Translations under genes and position numbers: made by a program
Shown: one piece after another, positions 17,841 through 26,338 of the stretch
Layout of the letters: every line of letters starts with the position of its first letter
Numbering within the stretch: the first letter of the stretch is position 1
From: Patescibacteria group bacterium
GTDB lineage: Bacteria; Patescibacteriota; Patescibacteriia; Patescibacteriales; UBA12465
Assembly: GCA_050943055.1 (NCBI GenBank)
Contig: JBMNOL010000001.1
Span: forward strand, 15,750-79,749
DNA length: 64,000 bases
Direction: 5' to 3'
The notes under the pieces: model-generated
The model's database searches: none
What the model was told of the DNA's origin: nothing
What the model saw: the letters and a program-made list of their open reading frames with translations, nothing else

Positions 17841-18881
17841 TTAAAAAAGTGGTTCTAAAAACTTGATTACGGTCAATAAGAAGCGATCTGAGCAATTTAT
17901 TTTTTTCTTCTTCTTGTAATTAAACGGGGTGCTGGTTTTTTTCCAATTATCAAAAATTCTGAGTAGATTTCGCACTGCCTCTTTTTGAGAAAAGAAAATA
18001 CCGGCTTCAAAATTTATACCAAAAGAAAAAATATCCAAATTTTGCGACCCCACCACCGCCTCCTCGTCGTCAATAATCATTATTTTAGAATGATTCATGA
18101 CAGGGAGAAAATAACAGCGGGTGCCGAGAGCACTTAACCGCCCAGCATTTAAATAATTAACTTTATTTAAGGAGCGATGGTCAGTATTTTTTGGTATTAA
18201 AATTTCCACCCGGACGCCCCGTCTTAGGGCGCTATCAATAAGAGCCATTAGCCAACGTGGGGGCGCTAAATAAGGAGAAGTCATCTTGACGCTTTTTTGA
18301 GCATTAGCGATTTTCTCTCGGTAATAATTGTCTAGATAATAAGTCTTGCGCGAACGTGGCCAATTATCAACTAACCACGCCTTAATTTTTCTTGATAAAG
18401 CCTGTTCTGAGTAGGCTAAAATTTGCGGATTCTTGCCACCCGAAATTTTATAAGTATAAGCAAAGCTTTTTAGAATCGGTTTTACGACTACTCCCGAAAC
18501 TTGCATTGTTAAATCATTCCACTGCTGAGTATTTTTCTTGATGTTCGCCCCGCCAATAAAAGCTAATTTTTTATCAATAACCAATATTTTTCGGTGACTG
18601 CGATAAAGGAGATGGCTAAAAAAATGTAAGTCTACGCCGGCAGTTCTCAGTCTTTTAATCGCCTTTTTTGATAAGTTATGACTACCGAAGGCATCTAAAA
18701 CTAAAACAACTAAAACGCCAGCCTCGGCTTTGGCAACCAATAGCCCCACAAAGTCATGAGTCTCGCGCGTATCTTCTAAAAAAATATACATTTCCAAAAA
18801 AACAGATTCCTGGGCCTGACTGATGGCTTGATACATGCCTGACCAAACGCTAGTGGATTTTGTATAAAAACGATAAGACAT
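17841..18881 (-). CDS. phospholipase D / cardiolipin-synthase-like protein with two HKD motifs
   Basis: HRKILVIDKKLAFIGGANI and HSKIMIIDDEEAVVGSQNLD. There is no N-terminal TM segment. Confidence 0.8.
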   Translation of the reverse strand: MSYRFYTKSTSVWSGMYQAISQAQESVFLEMYIFLEDTRETHDFVGLLVAKAEAGVLVVLVLDAFGSHNLSKKAIKRLRTAGVDLHFFSHLLYRSHRKILVIDKKLAFIGGANIKKNTQQWNDLTMQVSGVVVKPILKSFAYTYKISGGKNPQILAYSEQALSRKIKAWLVDNWPRSRKTYYLDNYYREKIANAQKSVKMTSPYLAPPRWLMALIDSALRRGVRVEILIPKNTDHRSLNKVNYLNAGRLSALGTRCYFLPVMNHSKIMIIDDEEAVVGSQNLDIFSFGINFEAGIFFSQKEAVRNLLRIFDNWKKTSTPFNYKKKKKINCSDRFLLTVIKFLEPLF

Positions 18882-19747
18882 TAGGCAGCTAAAAGACGTT
18901 TAAGTTTAGGAAGTTGTTTTTTTGTTTCTTGATAGCCAATTGCCATCATCTCCGCCAGGTTTTTAGGGGTAAGCAGCTGGCTGGGTTTTTTATTAATATA
19001 AGCGGAAAGGTCGGGACTAATTATTAAGTCCGCGCTTTGAATTGAATGCTTAGCTAAATGATAAAGAGCAATCCGCGAGGTCCGTAAAGCGGCTTTAACT
19101 AAATTCAATTCTTCGTTAACAAACTCATGACGATGATATAAATTAACGGCAATGATAATTTCGGCGCCCGCCTCTTTAAGAGTCTTAACTGGCACCGGAT
19201 TACTTAAGCCGCCGTCAACAAAATAACGATTTTTTAATTTCAGCGGTTCAAAAATTAAAGGCACTGAACAACTAGCACAAACCGCACTCGCTAAAGAACC
19301 GCTTTTAACAATTTTGCCGGTGCCACCACTTAAATCCGTCACCGCGACTCGCAAAGGGATTTTAGTGTTAGCAAAAGTTTCTGTCTTAAAAATTTCTTTT
19401 AAAATGTTTTCTAAGGTCTTGCCTTTAATCAACCCCGGTGATAGGCGTAAATCAGACAAGCCAATTCTTTTTAAAGATCGTGCCCGCTCCAGCAAGTATT
19501 CGGTAGTCGCGTTCGCCTCTAGAGACAGCGCGTAACAAGCCGCCACCAAAGAACCAATCGAGGCGCCACTAATAAAATCTATTTTTATCTCCGCCTCTTC
19601 TAAAGCTTGTAAGACCCCTAAAAGAGCAAAACCACGTTGACCGCCACTACCTAAAGCAAGGCCGATTTTTTTAGGATTATTTTTTGTTTTCATAATTGAA
19701 TTATATCTTAGCCTGAGGGAAAAAACAAAAAGAGTACACTCTGACAC
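18881..19747 (-). CDS. patatin-like phospholipase
   Basis: Gly-rich oxyanion loop LGSGGQRGF, nucleophile elbow GASIGSL and the DGG catalytic Asp motif. Its stop overlaps the PLD gene start by 1 nt. Confidence 0.85.
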   Translation of the reverse strand: MSECTLFVFSLRLRYNSIMKTKNNPKKIGLALGSGGQRGFALLGVLQALEEAEIKIDFISGASIGSLVAACYALSLEANATTEYLLERARSLKRIGLSDLRLSPGLIKGKTLENILKEIFKTETFANTKIPLRVAVTDLSGGTGKIVKSGSLASAVCASCSVPLIFEPLKLKNRYFVDGGLSNPVPVKTLKEAGAEIIIAVNLYHRHEFVNEELNLVKAALRTSRIALYHLAKHSIQSADLIISPDLSAYINKKPSQLLTPKNLAEMMAIGYQETKKQLPKLKRLLAA

Positions 19748-19759
19748 ACTTTTTTTATG

Positions 19760-19776
19760 TAGTCCCTAGGGGAATT
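19760..19776 (-). repeat. 17-nt direct duplicate of the tRNA-Glu 3' end (att-like remnant)
   Basis: GTAGTCCCTAGGGGAAT occurs at 19760-19776 and again at 19984-20000, inside tRNA-Glu. Between them lies a 208-bp GC-rich segment unlike the surrounding AT-rich DNA. Confidence 0.5.
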
Positions 19777-19940
19777 ATCGCGCTCGCCCGCCGCCGTTAT
19801 GCGGCGAGCTCACTTGTCCAGAGTTGGCGTCCGAATATCCCCCGGATATTCGTCCGACGCTCGTCCGCTCGTTCCGGCTTCCGCCGTCTCTCGCATCTCG
19901 CTTCCAACTTGTTCGATTCCCCAGCCTAACGGCTGTCTAA

Positions 19941-19975
19941 CTAAAAAGCGCCCAGTTTGCACTGGACGCTTTTTA
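19941..19975. terminator. terminator hairpin downstream of tRNA-Glu
   Basis: GCGCCCAGT-ttgc-ACTGGACGC. On the minus strand this is a perfect 9-bp stem with one G-U pair, followed by a U-run. The + orientation has a C-A mismatch but also a T-run. Confidence 0.6.
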
Positions 19976-19984
19976 GTTAGCTAG

Positions 19985-20056
19985 TAGTCCCTAGGGGAAT
20001 CGAACCCCTGTTACCAGGATGAAAACCTGGTGTCCTAACCACTAGACGAAGGGACC
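19985..20056 (-). tRNA. tRNA-Glu (anticodon UUC)
   Basis: Reverse complement GGTCCCTTCGTCTAGTGGTTAGGACACCAGGTTTTCATCCTGGTAACAGGGGTTCGATTCCCCTAGGGACTA. Anticodon stem CCAGG/CCTGG with loop TTTTCAT. Closely resembles E. coli tRNA-Glu. Confidence 0.85.
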
Positions 20057-20185
20057 AAATTTTTTAGACAAAAAAGCGCTGCAAACGGCGCAAATTCAAT
20101 CTCAATTTTACCTACAAAGATTTTTAATGTCAAGAAAGACTAGACGGAATTTGGCCTTTAGGCTAGAATCACTTAAAATATATTT

Positions 20186-21217
20186 ATGAAAATACTAGGC
20201 ATTGAAAGTAGCTGTGACGAAACTGCCGCTTCAGTTGTAGAGGTGGATGAAATTAGCGGTGGCAACAAAACCTTAAGTAATGTCATTTCTTCACAAATTG
20301 CTATCCATCAAAAATATGGCGGCGTTATCCCCGAAGTGGCGGCGCGCGAGCATGTTTTAAATATCTTACCCGTAATTACTGAGGCTTTAGAGACTGCCAA
20401 AGTGAGCCCCGAGGAACTTGATTTATTAGGAGTCACTGCGGGCCCCGGTCTAATAACTTCCCTAATTTCTGGAGTCGAAACCGCCCGGACTTTAGCCGCG
20501 GTTTGGCAAAAACCATTAGTTGGCGTTAACCATATTGCCGGCCATATTTATTCGGGCTTCCTCGACCAAAATATCCCGCCCCAATTTCCTGTCATTATTT
20601 TAACTGTTTCTGGAGGGCATACTAATTTAGTCTTAATGAAAGATTGGGAAGACTTTGAAGTGATTGGCGAAACCTTAGACGATGCGGCCGGCGAAGCCTT
20701 TGATAAAGGAGCAAAAATGCTGGGACTCGGCTATCCCGGCGGACCAGCGATAGGAAAGGCGGCCGCTGATTTTATCGCTAGCGCCCAAAATACTGATCTC
20801 AAATTTCCTCGTCCTCTGCTAGGCAAAGGCTTTAATTTTTCTTTCTCCGGCCTAAAAACCGCTCTTCTTTATAAATTACAAAAAGATCCCACTTGGTCCA
20901 AAAAAGTTTCAGAATATGCCTTTGCCTACCAAGAGGCGATTATTGATGTTTTAGTGGCTAAGGTTTTAGCGGCGGTAAAAAAATATCAACCTCGAGCCGT
21001 TACTCTTTCTGGTGGCGTTAGTGCTAATACTCGCTTACGCGAAGTTTTAAAAAATAAACTTACTGAGCAGCACCCCGACTTAACTTTAAGAATTCCGGAT
21101 TTTGCCTACACCACCGATAACGCCGCGATGATTGCCTTAGCTGCCTACTATGCCAACCGGGCGGGAGCTCCTAATGCTTGGCAAAATTTACAAGTTAAGG
21201 TAAACTTCTCCTTGTAG
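20186..21217 (+). CDS. tsaD: tRNA N6-adenosine threonylcarbamoyltransferase TsaD (Kae1/Gcp family)
   Basis: MKILGIESSCDETAASVV..., GVIPEVAAREH, and the metal-binding HxxxH region GHIYSG. Confidence 0.9.
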   Translation: MKILGIESSCDETAASVVEVDEISGGNKTLSNVISSQIAIHQKYGGVIPEVAAREHVLNILPVITEALETAKVSPEELDLLGVTAGPGLITSLISGVETARTLAAVWQKPLVGVNHIAGHIYSGFLDQNIPPQFPVIILTVSGGHTNLVLMKDWEDFEVIGETLDDAAGEAFDKGAKMLGLGYPGGPAIGKAAADFIASAQNTDLKFPRPLLGKGFNFSFSGLKTALLYKLQKDPTWSKKVSEYAFAYQEAIIDVLVAKVLAAVKKYQPRAVTLSGGVSANTRLREVLKNKLTEQHPDLTLRIPDFAYTTDNAAMIALAAYYANRAGAPNAWQNLQVKVNFSL

Positions 21218-21222
21218 CTTCG

Positions 21223-21296
21223 GGTTCGGTGGTGAAGCGGTCTAACACAGCAGTTTGCAAAACTGCCATTCGTGGGTTCAAATCCCACCCGAACCT
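21223..21296 (+). tRNA. tRNA-Cys (anticodon GCA)
   Basis: Acceptor GGTTCGG/CCGAACC, anticodon stem GCAGT/ACTGC with loop TTGCAAA, T-arm GTGGG-TTCAAAT-CCCAC. Discriminator U is typical of tRNA-Cys. Confidence 0.8.
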
Positions 21297-21310
21297 CAAG
21301 AAGCGAAAAA

Positions 21311-21345
21311 CGACTCAAACGGAATCTTGGGTCGTTTTTTATTTT
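21311..21345 (+). terminator. rho-independent terminator after tRNA-Cys
   Basis: CGACTCAA-acggaatc-TTGGGTCG hairpin then TTTTTTATTTT. Confidence 0.65.
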
Positions 21346-21913
21346 ATAAAATTAAAAAATGATATCTTTTATTTTAATGAAAATTGTGGATAAGTTGTGA
21401 TTTTCCCAGTGGAGAAATAAAGTTAAGTCCACTCTGCAGTGGACTCTACCTTGGGGAAAGGGACTTTTTTATCCCCTTGTCAAATAAATATATTTATTTA
21501 ATATTAGTTAAAAATTATTATTTTTGCCCAAGTTTTCAACATTTTACGCTTGAGGCTTGCTACTAGTTTTGAAAAATGTTAGAATATACACATAAATAGT
21601 TCTTTAATTTATTTACTGCAACCCGTTACTTTATCAGCGTCAGAATGATAAACGCTTATAGAGCCAGTCTATTCAATAAAGATTTGATCAATTTCTCGGA
21701 TTAAATGTTTATTAAATCACTTGCTAAGTTACGGTAAATAAAAAGTTTCTTAATCTGACCAGAAACAAAAAAACGCTAAGCAATTTAGCGCCAAAAAACA
21801 ATCAGAGGCTCTCGGCCACGAAATCATTTTATGCCCAATGCATAGCCGGTCTTACGAGCCTCTTTTTATTTTTACTAAAGTCTGCTTAAATAGAGTTTAA
21901 TAGTTTTTAGTTT

Positions 21914-22981
21914 ATGTCTTTATCGATTGGCATTGTTGGTTTACCTAATGTTGGTAAATCATCCTTATTTAATTTATTGACCCAGAAAGGCGTAGAGGCG
22001 GCCAACTATCCCTTTTGCACGATTGATCCGAATGTCGGCATTGTTAAGGTACCCGATGAGCGTTTAGAAAAATTAGCCGCCATTTCCAAGTCTCAACAAA
22101 TAATTCCCACAGTTATTGAGTTTGTTGATATCGCCGGCTTGGTAGCGGGCGCTAGTCAAGGCGAGGGTTTAGGAAATAAATTTCTCGCCCATATCAGAGA
22201 ATGCGATGCCATCTGCGAAGTAATTCGTGATTTTAAAGATGAGAACATTATTCATGTCGCCAATAAAATAGACCCCGAAAGCGATAAAGAAACAATTAGC
22301 TTAGAATTAATTTTAGCTGACTTAGCGACTGTTGAAAAACGTTTAGCCTCGCTTAAAAGAGAAAGTCGCAGTGGCGATAAAGAAATTGTCGCTCAAGTGG
22401 CCACTTTAGAGAGAATTTTTGAACATTTAAGCGCTAGCCGCGCGGTTCGCGAACTGGAATTTAGCGACGCCGAGGCCCCTTTTGTCAAATCTTTATGCTT
22501 ATTAAGCGCTAAACCAATTATTTATTTATTAAATATTGATGATGCTTACAGCGGCGAGCCCCGCCTGAAAGGAACTAACGAGCAGATTTTAAGCATTAAT
22601 ATTAAAACGGAAGAAGAAATTGCTGCTCTACCTGCCGCCGAACAAGCTGAATTCATTGAGGAATTAGGTTTAAAAAATAGCGGTCTTAATCGCTTAATTG
22701 CCGCCGCTTATAAACTTCTGGGCTTAGAAACCTTCTTTACCACCGGTCCGGATGAAACCAGAGCATGGACAATTAAAAGCGGTACCAAGGCTCCTGAGGC
22801 AGCCGGCGTAATTCATACCGATTTTATTAAAGGTTTTGTTCGTGCCGAGGTTATCCAATGGGATAAATTTATTACCAGTGGCGGCGAAGTAAAAGCTCGT
22901 GAAGCCGGGCTAATTCGTACCGAAGGTAAGGATTACGTAGTAAAAGACGGCGATGTTTGTCATTTCTTAATCAATCGTTAA
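21914..22981 (+). CDS. ychF: redox-regulated ATPase YchF (Obg-family GTPase-like)
   Basis: MSLSIGIVGLPNVGKSSLFNLLTQKGVEAANYPFCTIDPNVGIVKVPDERL plus a C-terminal TGS domain. Confidence 0.9.
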   Translation: MSLSIGIVGLPNVGKSSLFNLLTQKGVEAANYPFCTIDPNVGIVKVPDERLEKLAAISKSQQIIPTVIEFVDIAGLVAGASQGEGLGNKFLAHIRECDAICEVIRDFKDENIIHVANKIDPESDKETISLELILADLATVEKRLASLKRESRSGDKEIVAQVATLERIFEHLSASRAVRELEFSDAEAPFVKSLCLLSAKPIIYLLNIDDAYSGEPRLKGTNEQILSINIKTEEEIAALPAAEQAEFIEELGLKNSGLNRLIAAAYKLLGLETFFTTGPDETRAWTIKSGTKAPEAAGVIHTDFIKGFVRAEVIQWDKFITSGGEVKAREAGLIRTEGKDYVVKDGDVCHFLINR

Positions 22982-23000
22982 CTTTTTAAACAAAGCCAAA

Positions 23001-23026
23001 GCCCCGCTCCGCGGGGCTTTTTTTTG
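23001..23026. terminator. terminator
   Basis: GCCCCGC-tcc-GCGGGGC followed by T9. Confidence 0.75.
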
Positions 23027-23035
23027 TGAATTCAT

Positions 23036-24217
23036 TTATTTCTTCTCCAAAACAACAATTTCTCGGAAAACTTTTTGTCCGGCCCGACCATAGATCACGG
23101 TTCCGCGTGAGGTTAATTTTATTTCCGGCCATTTTTGCCAATCTTCGGGTAAAAAATTAACAATTTTAAAAGCGCCGTAATTCGGTTTTAAGAGTTGATT
23201 GCCAAAAAAACTAGGCCAAACCATAACTACTCTTCCTTGAGGCGCAATAATCTTAGAAAATTCCATTAAACTAGCCGTATATAAAGCCTCTAAATCTTCT
23301 TTTACCGTCCTTAAATCATGCCAACCACGCTGGGGCCCCAAATAAGGCTCGCTCACAATTACCGCTATTTCCTTGGGCTTAAAAGATTCGCTTAACCGGG
23401 TGGCATTTTTTAGAAAAACTCGGACCGTCCTTTTTTCTAAATGGTATTTTTCTTTAATCCAAGCTAAATTTTCTTTAGTGTCAGAAATTGCCTTAGGCGA
23501 AATATCGGTACCAATAACCTCTTTTGCTCCTAAAAGTAGGGCTTCTTGTAAAATTGTTCCGGAGCCACAAAAAGGATCAAGAACTGGACCGCTATTTTCA
23601 TTTACCCCGGCTAAATTAAGCATGATTTGGGCTAATTTTGGCGGTAACATGCCAGAGGCGTCATCGCGCGCCGGACGACCATAATCCCTTTTTGACAGGT
23701 CTTTAAAAGCCTGAACCGCCAAAGTCTGACCAATAAACAACTTGCCCCCATCGGAGGCCAGCACTAATTCACAGCCCTTAGTTAATAATTTATTCTGCTC
23801 AACAACCACACTGGACAAATTAGGCTCTTTACTAGTTACCAGTCGCGAACTAACGCCTTCAGCCTTCAACTTTTTCTTTAATTCCAACCCCCAAGGCAGA
23901 AGCGGTAATTTATGTGGACCATAACTAGAAAGGCCAAAATTAAATTTCCCAGTTAAATCTGGGTTCTGGCTAGCTTTTTTTAAAATATTAAATAAAGCCG
24001 GCTGAGAATCTTGTTGCGATGGTAAAGTTTTCTTAATTACCCCAATCTTAATCACACCTCCTAATTTTTTAATCAGCGTAGCGGGCTGAAGCTCGTGCTC
24101 ACTTTCCCAAAGCAAAAAATCCTTGCCCAAAATTTGAGCTTGATGATCAGGTAAAATGGCCGCCAACTCCATTAAGGAGAGGCTGGGGTTATTTCCTAAA
24201 ATGAAAAAATAAGTCAT
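23036..24217 (-). CDS. class I SAM-dependent RNA methyltransferase (UPF0020 / Trm11-RlmL-like)
   Basis: SAM-binding motif I VLDPFCGSGTILQEA and a (D/N)PPY-like VIVSEPYLG. The N-terminal half may be THUMP-like. Confidence 0.6.
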   Translation of the reverse strand: MTYFFILGNNPSLSLMELAAILPDHQAQILGKDFLLWESEHELQPATLIKKLGGVIKIGVIKKTLPSQQDSQPALFNILKKASQNPDLTGKFNFGLSSYGPHKLPLLPWGLELKKKLKAEGVSSRLVTSKEPNLSSVVVEQNKLLTKGCELVLASDGGKLFIGQTLAVQAFKDLSKRDYGRPARDDASGMLPPKLAQIMLNLAGVNENSGPVLDPFCGSGTILQEALLLGAKEVIGTDISPKAISDTKENLAWIKEKYHLEKRTVRVFLKNATRLSESFKPKEIAVIVSEPYLGPQRGWHDLRTVKEDLEALYTASLMEFSKIIAPQGRVVMVWPSFFGNQLLKPNYGAFKIVNFLPEDWQKWPEIKLTSRGTVIYGRAGQKVFREIVVLEKK

Positions 24218-24455
24218 ACCCTGCTAGCTTACCGCAAGCTTTTAACTATTGCAATTATTTAGTATCTATGTTAGATTAAGTGGGTAAAATGAATAGCAAT
24301 ATCTTTTCCATGATTCCTTTATAGGAATCGGCTTTCCGGCATTAGCGACAGGAAAGCCAAAGGTGTTCTAGGAAACCTCTCGGCTTTTTTAGGATACCGG
24401 GAGGATTTTTTTTAACTGAGCCCCCTTCATCAAAAAAGGCGCTCCTAAACAAATT

Positions 24456-24962
24456 ATGTCAAAAAGTAAAGCGTCGGGTTTAACCCGTTACGAAATCATG
24501 TTCATTGTTCCCAATAAGTACACCGAGGTTGAGGCAAAAACCATTATTGGTCAGGTGGAAAAAATGATTATGGATAATGGCGGTCAAATTATTTCCGGTG
24601 AATATTGGGGCAAGAAAAAAATGGCTTACGAGATTAAACACAATTCTTATGGTTATTATCAGCTCTACCAGTTTGATTTCCCTAGCACTAATTTAAGCAA
24701 GCTAAACAACGACTTGCGTCTCTCCACCGAAATTTTACGCCATCAAATTTTAAAGATTAAGGTAAAAAGTGAAGAACAATTAGCTAAGGAGCAAGCGGCT
24801 CGTGATCGTTTGATCGCTAAAGAGGAAGAAGTTAAGGCCGCTGCTGCTAAATCCGCAAAAAAAACCACTCCTCGCAAAAAGAAGGATGAGGATAAGACAG
24901 AATTGAAAGATTTAGACAAAAAATTAGATGGTATTATTGAAGACGCCGAAGGGTTGGTTTAA
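24456..24962 (+). CDS. rpsF: 30S ribosomal protein S6 with Lys/Glu-rich C-terminal extension
   Basis: LTRYEIMFIVPNKYTEVEAKTIIGQVEKMIMDNGGQIISGEYWGKKKMAYEI matches the S6 core. It heads the rpsF-ssb-rpsR block. Confidence 0.9.
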   Translation: MSKSKASGLTRYEIMFIVPNKYTEVEAKTIIGQVEKMIMDNGGQIISGEYWGKKKMAYEIKHNSYGYYQLYQFDFPSTNLSKLNNDLRLSTEILRHQILKIKVKSEEQLAKEQAARDRLIAKEEEVKAAAAKSAKKTTPRKKKDEDKTELKDLDKKLDGIIEDAEGLV

Positions 24963-25013
24963 GAGATGTAAATAATATTAATTAAAGCGACCCCCTACTC
25001 GCTTACTAAAAAT

Positions 25014-25454
25014 ATGACTTTAAACAAAGCAATGATCATCGGCAATCTTACTCGAGACCCAGAATTACGCAACACCGCCTCCGGAGCAAATGTGGCTTCT
25101 TTTTCGGTGGCGACCAGCTTAATCTGGAGCGATGCTAATGGTCAAAAACAACAAAAAACCGAGTTTCATAATGTCGTGGCCTGGCGCCGTTTAGCTGAAA
25201 TTTGCGGACAATACCTGCGCAAAGGCTCTAAGGTTTTTATTGAGGGACGGCTACAAACTATCGACTGGACTGGTCAGGACGGAGTAAAGCGTTATCGCAC
25301 CGAAATTGTTGCCGAAAATCTAATCATGTTAGATTCAAAAAATTCTAACCGCGGCGATTCAGTTGACAATAATAATTTGCGCGAAGAATTAAAGGAAATC
25401 CAAGTTGAAGAGGAGCCCGAAGAAGAAATTCGCGTGGAAAACATCCCCTTCTAA
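25014..25454 (+). CDS. ssb: single-stranded DNA-binding protein
   Basis: OB-fold signature MIIGNLTRDPELRNTASGANVASFSVAT...FHNVVAWRRLAEICGQYLRKGSKVFIEGRLQT and an acidic C-terminus ending IPF. Confidence 0.9.
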   Translation: MTLNKAMIIGNLTRDPELRNTASGANVASFSVATSLIWSDANGQKQQKTEFHNVVAWRRLAEICGQYLRKGSKVFIEGRLQTIDWTGQDGVKRYRTEIVAENLIMLDSKNSNRGDSVDNNNLREELKEIQVEEEPEEEIRVENIPF

Positions 25455-25470
25455 AATTAAAAAAATATAA

Positions 25471-25692
25471 TTGTTAATTATGACTACTAAAAAAAGTAAG
25501 GAGTGCTATTTTTGCGCCAATGATATTGAGGTTGATTACAAAGATACCCGATCATTACGTAAATTTGTAAACTTCTATGTTAAAATTTTACCGGGAAAAC
25601 GCACCGGTGTTTGTGCTTGGCATCAACGCAAGTTAGCGGAAGCTGTTAAGCGCGCCCGCACGATGGCTTTGATGAGCCACACCCATCGTTAA
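25471..25692 (+). CDS. rpsR: 30S ribosomal protein S18
   Basis: CYFCANDIEVDYKDTRSLRKFVNFYVKILPGKRTGVCAWHQRKLAEAVKRARTMALM. Confidence 0.9.
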   Translation: MLIMTTKKSKECYFCANDIEVDYKDTRSLRKFVNFYVKILPGKRTGVCAWHQRKLAEAVKRARTMALMSHTHR

Positions 25693-25703
25693 TTTATTAG
25701 CCT

Positions 25704-26261
25704 ATGTTAAGTATCAGCGAAATCAAACCGGGACGAGTGATTAAAATCAATAATCAACCCTACGTCGTCACCAAAACCGATCATCATAAAATGGGTCGTG
25801 GCGGGGCCGTTTTAAAAACTAAACTTCGCAACCTTATTGACGGCCGTGTCCTCGATCAAACCTTTCAGGGCGTTCAACAAGCCGAAGAAGCAGAAACGGA
25901 AACTAAAAAAGCCAACTATCTTTATAAAGATGCCGAACAAGTTTTTTTCATGGACAATGAATCGTTTGAGCAGTTTAGTTTAGATCTAGAGTCAATCGGC
26001 GACCAAGCCAAATTCTTAAAAGATGGCACCGATGTCTCTGTTCTTTATTTTGAGGGTAAACCAGTGACCATTGAATTGCCAATTAAGATGGAGTTTAAAG
26101 TTGTTTCCGCCCCTCCTGGTGTTAAAGGTAATTCAGCCGGCAACGTTAATAAACAAGTAGAGATTGAAACTGGTGCCACCATCTCTGTACCGATGTTTAT
26201 CAATGAGGGTGATATTATTAGAATTAATACGGAAAGCGGCGACTACGTTGAACGCGCTTAA
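25704..26261 (+). CDS. efp: elongation factor P
   Basis: 185 aa. N-terminal KOW-like MLSISEIKPGRVIKINNQPYVVTKTDHHKMGRGGAVLKTKLRNL with the conserved loop region. A terminator follows at 26282-26306. Confidence 0.9.
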   Translation: MLSISEIKPGRVIKINNQPYVVTKTDHHKMGRGGAVLKTKLRNLIDGRVLDQTFQGVQQAEEAETETKKANYLYKDAEQVFFMDNESFEQFSLDLESIGDQAKFLKDGTDVSVLYFEGKPVTIELPIKMEFKVVSAPPGVKGNSAGNVNKQVEIETGATISVPMFINEGDIIRINTESGDYVERA

Positions 26262-26338
26262 AAATTATCCCAACTTAAAAAGACCGCCTCACTGGCGGTC
26301 TTTTTGCTATTTTTAGCCCCGTGCTATAATAATTATCT

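Noticed and set aside
19799-19984. 61-aa Arg/Ser-rich ORF inside the GC-rich island
   Set aside because: Low-complexity translation of the GC-rich att-like remnant, with no RBS or homology.
21384-21566. 60-aa ORF in the 570-bp noncoding region
   Set aside because: AT-rich, with no RBS and no homology. The region is better explained as noncoding.
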